Part shown: in pieces, positions 1-16,829 of the stretch
How positions within the stretch are numbered: position 1 is the stretch's first letter
Layout: every line of letters begins with the position of its first letter
DNA from: Mobula birostris
Lineage: Eukaryota
Length of the DNA: 64,000 nt
Direction: 5' to 3'
Assembly: GCF_030028105.1 (NCBI RefSeq)
Contig: NC_092383.1
Location: 89,981,921 to 90,045,920 of the forward strand
Translations under genes and position numbers: made by a program
Notes under the pieces: model-generated
What the model saw: only the letters and a program-made list of their open reading frames with translations
The model's database searches: none
What the model was told of the DNA's origin: nothing

Positions 1-120
1 CCTTGAACCTCTTCCACCCTGGTTAACATCATTCGGTATTGATGACATGGCCTCTTTGACATTGGTGAAGCCAAGCATAGATTAGACCAGTGGTGGAGAA
101 CCATTTTGAGACAGTGTGTC
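1..120 (+). mobile_element. Decayed Penelope-like GIY-YIG fragment (full extent ~21755-21895 in unit 2, ~44242-44382 in unit 3)
   Basis: caggtgaggc...gtggcctccttgacattggtgaagccaagc aligns by eye with the better-preserved GIY-YIG fragments at 25060-25160 and 9980-10075. Confidence 0.5.
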
Positions 121-1261
121 CAAATTGGCGAGAATCATCTAAAGAAATTCTGCTGTGCAGCAGGGTAAGTTTGAGGAGAAATGATCATTAATTAATGCAT
201 TAGTGACAATAATCATGAACATTTTTAAAGGAAAAAGGATGTGTCCTCTTTATTTATGTGTATTTATTCAGTTATTATTAATAAAAGTCTAAGGGAGATT
301 GAAATAAATGAGGCATTTTAGAAAACCTCTTCAAAAATGTATTAATATTCATCTTTAAAAAGATATGTGAAAAATAACTTCATTTTAAATAATAATGATT
401 TTGTAACCATTTGTCATGCAAATACTGATGGGTATACCAGGTCTGCTGTCATGAGATCTGCTGGCCTTTGTGGCTTGCCAGAGAGCGTTAGGCTTCTGCC
501 TTTCTGTAACACCTATATTTACTAATTGTTGTTTTAAATAGAGTCGTTCAGCCCTTGTGCTTTCTGTTTAATCTTGTTCAGTTAATTGTGACTGGGACGG
601 GTTTTCCGCATTTTGTGGTTATTTACAGCGGTCTCCTGAATACCATTCAACACAGGGTCCTTGTGTTGAGAATGACTTGTCTCGCGGTGTCGCTGGATTG
701 TGCCTCCGATGTTCTATGCAATTCCTACCTATAACCTCTTGCTTTTGCCTCTGAATGTGAATCTGCCATTTCTCCACACCAGAGTTGAGTCTTTTCCAGC
801 ACTCACCATGACATAAGGACCCCGTAATCAATGGACCCATCAGATGTTCAAGAGCGGCTTGGACATCGGTCACCCGGAGACAAGGGTGGCCTCCTTACTG
901 AGTTTCTGATTTCCATGATGGAAAAATAACCTTGAAAATGCAAAACCGCAGTGGCAACATGAAAGTTTGGGAAATGCAGGGCTGGGCTTCTTGAAGAGTG
1001 GTGACAGGAGATGATTAGTTCTGATTCAGTGGCTTCACCTGGCACTGTGTATTGGTCCACTTACTGCAGTGTTTCTTATCTCTGGGGACTGTATAAAAAG
1101 AGAGCATTCAGTGGGACTTGGACGTAATACTTTGAGGTCTCACCGACAGGATTGAGTAGGAGGTGTGTTGCAGTGGGAGGGGCCTGGGCACACCCAGGTA
1201 AGTTTTTTAATACTTGCTCTGTTCTGTCCACTAAACAGAGTTTGTACTTCCAGAAGATTTT

Positions 1262-1316
1262 ACACACACACACACACACACACATACACACACACACATA
1301 CACACACACACACACA
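1262..1316. repeat. (CA)n microsatellite downstream of pepsinogen
   Basis: CA run with TA interruptions. Equivalents at ~23037-23089 (interrupted) and ~45525-45577 (almost pure). Confidence 0.95.
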
Positions 1317-1642
1317 ATGAAAGAAAAAAGGAACTGGAATTCTGGTAATATGCATCTCATGATTAAATTTTATTCAACAAACTATTTATAGATATATCCC
1401 ACAGGGTAGAGCAATAGGCTGTGTGATGTTCAGCTCACATTTACATCAAATAGATTTCACTCCATGAGAAAGGTTCTGGAGTGAATCACTGGAAACCACA
1501 GCTGAAGAGGAAAATCAGGAAAGAAGAGAGGAAAAGAGAGGAATCTGAGAAGAGGCATAATTACATGATGTCAATATTTGCATATCCAGTCCAGATCCAA
1601 AATTCGTAGATTGGTCCTTTAAAATCCCATCCTGGCTGGGCG

Positions 1643-1648
1643 TTTATT
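1643..1648 (-). terminator. Candidate polyadenylation signal AATAAA, copy 1 (alternative at 1369-1374)
   Basis: First minus-strand AATAAA, ~190 nt after the stop codon. A second at 1369-1374 is followed by U-rich and (GU)n sequence. Equivalents at 23416-23421 and 45903-45908. Confidence 0.5.
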
Positions 1649-1839
1649 TCAGTTCTCCCGCTTTTTGCATTTTCCTTTCAGTAAAACCCCAGCATTCAAT
1701 AGGGTGTCTTCACCTTCAGGATTCTGAAAGTGACTCCCTGATCTTTGATACTGACGGGTCAGATGAAAAATCAGATGGCTTAAGTCAACCTGCAAATATG
1801 AACTTGGATGGACCTTCAATGGGAACATTCAGGGGCAAG

Positions 1840-9674
<7,835 letters not shown>

Positions 9675-9730
9675 GTTGAATCGATTGGATTCCTTTCAGA
9701 ATCTGACATCGGGCTTGTGAGCCCTAATAC

Positions 9731-9954
9731 TTATACTCAAGGAATCATTGTCACGTGGGCACAGAGACAATCATTCCATATGAAAAGTAAATATTCTGGT
9801 ACTCGTGATCAGTTTCTCTCTGATAAAATACATTCTATTAAGGACACCCTTCAATGTAGAAGTTGATAACAAAGTATGTTAAGTGCTGTGAAATTAAAGA
9901 TAATTCTTATCATAGATAACACAATCTGAAATTAGGTTCAAAACTGTTTTATCA
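9731..9954 (-). promoter_or_regulatory. Putative pepsinogen proximal promoter, copy 1
   Basis: TATAA on minus strand at 9731-9735, ~57 nt upstream of the ATG. SOX-type CATTGT 9746-9751, E-boxes CACGTG 9752-9757 and CATATG 9777-9782, six WGATAR sites starting at 9821, 9864, 9898, 9907, 9914, 9949. Confidence 0.6.
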
Positions 9955-9961
9955 AATGACT

Positions 9962-10270
9962 GAGACCTAAACAGTCCTTCCAGGTGAGGTAGCCCTTTAC
10001 TTGTGAACCCACCAGTGTCATTTATTGTATCTGGTTTTCCCCTTGAGGCCTCCTCTACATCAGTGAGACCTGACACAGAATGGACGATGGTGTCATTGAC
10101 TGGCTACTCTGTCTATGTCTCTCATAATTTTGTGAAGTCCAACTGAAGTTCAAAGACCAGAGTATATTTGAATATCCACTGTTTATTCACTTCCACAGAC
10201 GCTGCCTGACCTGCTGAGTTCCTCCAGCATTTTAAGTGTGTTGCTTTGGATTTCCAGCATCTGCAGACTT
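9962..10270 (+). mobile_element. Penelope-like fragments upstream of the promoter (GIY-YIG piece and pLTR tail)
   Basis: cctaaacagtccttccaggtgagg...ggcctcctctacatcagtgagacc and gacgctgcctgacctgctgagttcctccagcatttt, both homologous to 25015-25760. Confidence 0.6.
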
Positions 10271-10282
10271 TTTCATGTGCAG

Positions 10283-10405
10283 TGAAACCCACATGGTCAC
10301 GGGGAGAACGCACAAACTCCTTACAGACAGCGGGGGAAATCGATCCCTAATTTACTGCAGGTTCTGTAAAGCGCTGTGCTTACCACTGCATTACTGTGCT
10401 GCCCG
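10283..10405 (-). mobile_element. V-SINE (HE1-like) 5' fragment
   Basis: Reverse complement reads ggcagcacagtaatgcagtggtagc...gggatcgatttccc...aggagtttgtgcgttctccccgtgaccatgtgggtttc. Confidence 0.65.
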
Positions 10406-10449
10406 ACATGTGCTTTCAGCATGTTGACCTTCATAAATCAGAGAACCGG

Positions 10450-10990
10450 GCTGTTATCTCGAAGTTGTCTCAGACGTGCGTGAGGCCAAATTTGGAGTAT
10501 TGTGTGCAGTTCTGGTCACCTATCTACTGGAAAGATATCAGGAATATTGAAAGAGGACAGAGAAAATTTACAAGGATATTGCTGGGACTTGAGGACCTGA
10601 GGTAGAGGGAAAGGTTGCATAGACATGGACTTCATTCCCTGCAGCGAAGGAGAATGTGAGGAAATTTGATAGATGTGTACAAAATGTTGATGGGTATGGA
10701 TATTGTCAATGGAAACAGGCTTCTTCTGTTGAGGTTGGTTAAGACAAGAGGTACAGGTAATAGGTTAAGGGTGAAAGATGAAATATTTAAGAAAAATTTG
10801 AGAAGAGACCACCATGACTCCGAGGGTGGTGAGAGTGTGGAATGAGCTGTCAGTCGAAGTGGTGAACTCCAATTTGATTGCAACATTTAAGAGAAGTTTG
10901 GATAAGTACATGGATGAGGAGGATCATGGTCCAGGTGGGAGTCGATGACACGAGCAGTTCAGCCTGGCCTAGGTGGGCAGAAGTGCCTGT
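10450..10990 (+). mobile_element. Decayed CR1-type LINE 3' fragment (also ~33004-33544, ~55490-56030)
   Basis: VRPNLEYCVQFWSPIYWKDI..IERGQRKFTRIL.GLE motif with stops downstream. Confidence 0.8.
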
Positions 10991-10999
10991 GTCTGACCT

Positions 11000-11700
11000 T
11001 GCGGGAATGGAACCCACTCTAAGGACCTCACGAACAGCCGCTTATTAATATCCCCAAGGACACGGCTTGGAAGACGAGCGTGCTTACAGGGTTCCAGAGA
11101 TTTCATGGCTCTGGGGACATGCTGATTCCAGGCCGGTGCCATAAATTGAAGCATCACGGGAGAACGCGGAACATCGGGAGCAGCGGGTTGGCTGCCAGGG
11201 GTTGTGTGCTCGGGGAGCTGCAGCTTTTTGCTGCCAAATCTCTGGGCGCAGAGCTCAGAAAAAGCCAAGCAACAGACTTTTAACATCGTAAATCAGTGAG
11301 TTGTTTGTTATGTCTCCTGTCTCACTGTGAAATGGGACACCCTTTTTTCCCTTATTAAGGAGAGTGAGAGCCTGTGGTATGTCAAATTATCGGGTGAACG
11401 AGTAGTCTTTGGGGTACTGCAAGTCTGTGTCTTTATTGATGCTTTGCTGCATGCTTGAGTGCTCGGTGGGCAGTGTTGATGCATTTTTGCTGGTGGGGGT
11501 GGGGGGCTGGATGTTGCCTTGTTGCTGCTTGTGCAGGGGAGGGGGAGTTGCGGGGGGGAGCTTTGGGGCTCTAAGTTTTAACTGTCAATCATTCCTTGGG
11601 GCACTCCTCTGCTTTTGTGGATGTCTGCGAAGAAAATAAATTTCAGGATCAATGTATCGTATACATTTCTCTGACATTAAATGCACTTATTGAAACCTGT
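11000..11700 (+). repeat. Unclassified interspersed repeat (non-autonomous, SINE-like)
   Basis: GC-richer head, G/T-rich body and 3' end tttcaggat...acatttctctgacattaaatgcacttattgaaacc. Similar architecture at ~12010-12630 (minus) and ~15780-16112 (plus). Family not identified. Confidence 0.4.
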
Positions 11701-12631
11701 TGTAGTGTTCTGTAACTCTGACTCCAAACCCATCCTATTGTTGTACTTGTCTAATTGTCCCTCCCTCCACCACTACTTCTGGCAGCTCATTCCATGTACC
11801 CACCACACTCCATGGGGGAAAATATTGCCCCTCAGGTGCCCTTTAAATCTTTCCCATCTCACCTTAAATCCTTACCTTTTATTTTTAGACTATGAAAAGG
11901 ACTGTGACCATTCACTTTATGTACACAGCTCGTGATTTTATAAACCTTGAGAAGGTCACCTCTCAGCCTCCTTCACTCCAGGGAAAACAGACACAACCTG
12001 TCCAGTCTCACGAACCAACAACGAAACAAAAAGAACCGTAGCAGGATCATCGACCCCTAAATACCTACTCCCCGCACGCAGAAATGGACAAAAATGGAGC
12101 AGTCACATCAACCTCCAAATCTCCCTCTCCACACACAACGAATGAGAAACATCAGGCAAAAAACACAGAATATAAAATACTGTAAGACTGAACAAAAATC
12201 TACAGTCCAAGTCCAAATCCAAAACGCAGAAAACCTGGGTAAACCAGCGGCTGTTCTTTCCCTCTCTGACAGCAGAGTGATCCCACCAGTGTTCAAAAGG
12301 CAGTATCCCTTCTCTGACAGCGGACAATCCCACCAGCGATCAAAAGCCTGGCAGTGGGTGTTCACCTTCCGTTTTCACTCGATATTTCACCCTCTCTCCT
12401 TGTTTTAATCGGCGAACAATGGAAGCTTTAATCCACAAATTGGAGCCGAACATCGGCTTGAGGCCCATGCTGCAGTCTTCCTGCCACGATCCTCTCAGAG
12501 ACTACAGAGCATGAAAACACCCTGACGATTTCCAAAATGGAAATCACAGGCTCAAACAGTCTCAGAATCACATTCAAGACAAAAAACAAACATAAAAGAA
12601 GTGAAATATATGGTTTCATAATCTATCCACA

Positions 12632-13275
12632 GTCATGAGTCTAACTGTCATCGATACTGTGGATACTGAACTTTTTACTGTTGGACTTCGGCCATATTCC
12701 ACCGAGATACAACACTGGGCGGCACGGAAGGTCGTTCCTGCCTGTGGCCATCGAACTTGCAGCTTCTCCTGTGGAGGGTCAGACACTCTGAGCCAATAGA
12801 CTGGTCCTGGATTTAATTTCCATCTGGCATAGTTTGCATTTTGTTGTTTGATTGTTTGTGGTTTCTGTATTGCTATATTTATGCCCTATTCTTGGTTGGT
12901 GCGGCTATAACGAAACCCAATTTCCCTTGGGATCAATAAAGTATATCTATCTATCTATCTATCTATCTATACTACGGTAGGAAGAGTCATAAGTCCAATT
13001 GTCATTGACACCACACTACAGTCATGAGTCTGATTGTCATCGACACTACAGTGTGAAGAGCCATGAGTCCGATTGTCATCGATCGTACTCTACGAGGAGT
13101 CATGAGTCCGATTGTCCTTGACACTACAGTACGAACAGTCTTGATTCTGATTGTCACCAACACCTCAGTACGAGGAGTTATGAGTCCGACTGTCATGGGC
13201 ACTGCAGTACCAACAGACATGAGTCCGACTGTCATATACACTTGTCTTGAGTCCGATTGTCACGGACACTACAAC
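12632..13275. repeat. 39-bp degenerate minisatellite (gtcatgagtccgattgtcatcgacactacagtacgagga-like), ~9 units, interrupted by a LINE fragment
   Basis: Units start at 13021, 13060, 13099, 13138, 13177 and 13216, with partial units at 12632, 12986 and ~13245. Equivalents at ~35189-35829 and ~57672-58315. Confidence 0.85.
12659..12970 (+). mobile_element. Short 3' fragment of a Rex1/Babar-like LINE with (ATCT)n tail
   Basis: attccaccgagatacaacact...tcctgcctgtggccatcgaactt...gggatcaataaagta(tatc)n; same family as 17656-18125. Confidence 0.75.
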
Positions 13276-13642
13276 ACAGAAACAGGCCCTTCATCCAATC
13301 CAGCCCATGCCAGTCTAGTCTTCTGTCTGATTCCAGCTCCTGCACCCACATCAATGCCCTCTGGAACCCACACATCCATATACCTATGCTAACCTCTTAA
13401 AGACTCACTCTTAACAATTTAAGAACACCTTCTTCCTCTTCACCGTCAGATGTCTGAACAGTCTATAAACCCATGAATGGCAAAGCACAGGAACATTCTC
13501 TTCAGCCTTCAATGTTCCCTTGGGGCTCATTCCAAGCATCTAACACTCTCCATGTAAAAAACTTGCCCCACGCATCTGCTATAAACTTACGCTCTCTCAA
13601 CTGAACTGCATGCCCTCTGGAATTAGATAATTCAACCCTGGG

Positions 13643-14490
13643 AATTGAATTGACTTTATTACGCACATCCTTCATATACATGAGGAGTAAAACTCTTTAC
13701 AGTAGGTCTCTGTCTAAATGTGCAATAAGCAATTTATATAAATTTATAATAAATAGTACGTACAACAAATATAACATGGAAATACAGTTGTATCAGCATG
13801 AATTAATCAGTCTCATGGCCTGGTGGAAGAAGCCGTCCCAGAGCCTGTTGGTCCTGGCTTTTACGCTGCGGTACCGCTTCCCGGATGGTAGCAGCTGGAA
13901 CAGTTTGTGGTTGGGGCGACTCAGGTCCCCAATGACTCTTTGGGCCCTTTATACATACCTGTCCTGAATAGTGGGAAGTTCCCATCTACAGATGCGCTGG
14001 GCTGTCCACACCACTCTCTGCAGAGTCCTGCGATTGAAGGAAGTACAGTTCCCATACCAGGCAGGGATGCAGCCAATCAAGATGCTCTCAATTGTGCCCC
14101 TGTAGAAAGTTCTTTGGATTTAGAGGCCCATACCAAATTTCTTCAACTGAAAGAGGCGCTGTAGTGCCTTTTTCACCACACAGCCGGTATGTACAGACCA
14201 TGTGAGATCCTTGGAGATGTGTATGTCGAGGACCTTAAATCTGTTCACCCTCTCAGCTCCAGATCCATTGATGTCAATAGCGGCTCTACTGTCTCCATAC
14301 CTCCTGTAGTCCATAACCAGCTCCTTCCTTTTTGTGACATTGAGGGAGAGGTTGTCTTCTTGACATGATTGTGTCAGCGTGATGATTTCTTCTCTGCAGG
14401 AAGCCTCATTATTATTTGAGATTAGGCCAATCAGTGCAGTATCGTCAGCAAATTTAATTAGCAGATTGGAGCTGTGAGTGACGACACACT
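13643..14490 (-). mobile_element. Rex1/Babar- or L2-clade LINE 3' fragment with (TTCAA)n tail
   Basis: ERVNRFKVLDIHISKDLTWSVHTGCVVKKALQRLFQLKKFGM...FYRGTIESILIGCIPAWYGNC (open in units 2/3), then PSGKRYRS-type motif, AATAAA and tail. Confidence 0.8.
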
Positions 14491-14514
14491 CGCCAGCTAT
14501 CTATCCCTCTCATA

Positions 14515-14655
14515 CTCTCAGAGGCCTTTTTATCAGCTACACCCATGCACCTGCTCATTAATGCCAATCATGTAGCTGCCACTCACTGCATAAAAGCACG
14601 CAGACATGGGCAAGAGGTTCAGCTGTTCTTCAGACCAAAACTCAGAATGGGGAAG
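14515..14655 (+). mobile_element. Tc1/mariner-like DNA transposon 5' fragment
   Basis: cacctgctcattaatgccaatcatgtagc...gcataaaagca...caagaggttcagctgttcttcagaccaaa...agaATGGGGAAG resembles the leader and MGK start of fish Tc1-like transposases (recalled, not searched). Confidence 0.55.
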
Positions 14656-15084
14656 TAAAGTATTCGGACTGTGTTGGTCATTGACACAAACAATGCATTT
14701 CACAGTATGTTTCAATGTTTCCATGTACTGTCTTTGTGACATATAAAACTGGTCCATCTCTTCAAAAACTCAGTGAAATTAACCAAGACCTTCAGAAATA
14801 CAGGATGAAACATGGAACAGGACAAATAATTTCAAGCTATTTTTATAATAGTTTCAAGGGTATTCATATCTGGGGAATTGTTCAATCAAATGGATAATAA
14901 GCAGATTTGTAAACATATTAAAAATGCTCTGTCAACAAAAGAGAATCAGTAATAAGTGCCTATTATTGACTATTAATTGATAAGGTGAGCAATTAAACAT
15001 GGCTTCTGTTAATAAAATTAACCTCTTGTGTTTCGCTTTGCTCTCACTGCTGATCTAAGACAACAGTGAAAACAAATTCAAGTG

Positions 15085-15210
15085 AAAAACTTCAAATTCT
15101 GGAAATCCAAGCAACGCACACAAATTACTCGATGATCTCACAGGCCAGGCAGCGTTTATGGAAAAGAGTACAATCGATGTTTAGGGCCAAGACCCTTCAT
15201 CAAAACAAAA
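15085..15210 (-). mobile_element. Penelope-like pLTR fragment with degenerate hammerhead motif
   Basis: Minus strand: ttgatgaagggtcttggccctaaacatcgattg...gctgcctggcctgtgag. Confidence 0.55.
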
Positions 15211-15309
15211 TATTTGCCCGCAAGAATGCCCTCAGTTCCATTTCAATTCTGAAGTCAATTGTAGACAGTCAGCACAATCATGAGTACTCGCCACCGTAGT
15301 ATCTGTGAC

Positions 15310-15670
15310 GTCTTGAAGAAGCCGAGCCTCAAAGGCTGTGTCCATCATTGAGGACCCCCACCACACAGGCCATGCCCCCTTCTCATTGTGACTGTCAGGA
15401 GGAGGGACAGAAGCCTGAAGGCACGCACTCAGCAATTCAGAAACAGCTTGCCATCCAGTTTCTAAATTGACATTGAACTTATGAACACCACCTCACCACA
15501 TTTGTATTATTTATTTCCATTTCTGCACAAGTTACTTTAACTTAACCATTTAATATATAAATATACACTTACTGGAATTCAGCTTTTTCAATATTTTTCA
15601 TGTATTGCACTGTACAGCTAACACAAATTTAACAAATTTCACAACATATGCCGGTGATATTAGTCTTGAT
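15310..15670 (+). mobile_element. Decayed Rex1/Babar/L2-like LINE 3' fragment
   Basis: tccatcattgaggacccccaccacacaggccatgccccc...tcaggaggagggacagaagcctg (SII.DP.HP.H...SGRR.RS-type), then AT-rich UTR ending acatatgccggtgatatta. Confidence 0.55.
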
Positions 15671-16829
15671 CATGCTTGCTGTATATTTTGCATCGATATA
15701 AGAAAGATTTTGCATTCATGCTGCACTTCTAGTAGCCTTATTTTCTCGATAACGTTTCACACTCTTCAATTGACAGATTTGAAAGGTCAGGGTGTCGGGG
15801 CCTGAGGCGAGAGACGGGCTGGTTCAGCTCACTTCCCCGTGATACTTACTCAGCTCCGCACCGAACTGAGAGTCTGCGGCTTCACGTCTGTGGACAGACT
15901 CTCTTTTGTGGACATCAGTTCTGATCACTGTTTGCTTGCTTCGATTGTTTGCATGATCTGTTTTTCTTCTCTCTGCTCGTTGGGTGTTTGACAGTCTGCT
16001 TTTTTAATGGATTCTTTTGTGTTTCTTTGTTTTATGGCTACCTGAAAGGAGACATATCTCTAGAACGTATATGTATACATACTGTGATCATAAGCATACT
16101 TTGAACTTTGAACATCTTCTGAAGTATATTATAATTGGTAATTTGGTTTACTACTGTCACATTCACTGGAGTGCAACAACAATGAACCAATTTACCAGTT
16201 AGAATGAACTTCAGAAGATGACAATGTCGATAAGGAGTTATTATTGTCACAAAAGGGGTGAGGGGTATATGGGGTGTCCAGGGATGGGTAGCACCTCTGG
16301 CAAAGGGGCTTGTTGTGTCCATTCCAGGGCAGATGACTCACCTTTCAGACACTCAGCTCTCACCCGTGGCTCCTAGTATCTGTTTGTATGTGACAGCAGC
16401 CATACCCAATACAGCGCTTCACCAGGTGGGGAAAACCAGGTGGGGGTACCAGACCTGCCCTAGCATGCAAAGTCTGCTCTGGTAGACTGAGATCTGTAGT
16501 GAGATCCAACAACTAGGAAGGTGGTTCTGCATCGCTCTGAGGAGAGCGAACGGCATGAAAAGGCATGGAAGTTGTCATGGTTGTCCACTGCAACCAAGGA
16601 ATACCTCAGCTTGTGACGCTTGTTTCTACCACTGGGCCTGGACTGCTGATGTCTAGAAAGTGGAACTGACCCAGTGCGATAGATTTTCCACTTTAAAAAC
16701 TCTCCCACACAGGTATCTATCACTGTTGGCCACGATGAACAAGAACCACTTGCGGTGCAATGATACACCTTGTTTTACATGTCACCCGTACAGATCAATT
16801 CATCACATCAGTACATATGATGGGAATCA

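Noticed and set aside
629-1197. Plus-strand exon of a convergent protein-coding gene (tttacag acceptor at 628, gtaagt donor at 1198)
   Set aside because: No long open frame and no recognisable protein; a non-coding exon cannot be supported from sequence alone.
1076-1391. ORFs with VCVC/HTHT runs
   Set aside because: Translations of the (CA)n microsatellite; frames differ between copies.
12986-13275. CRISPR-like array or repetitive protein (ORFs 13002-13241, 13063-13392)
   Set aside because: Vertebrate context with no cas genes. The apparent spacers are homologous to each other, and the open frames follow from the 39-bp period.
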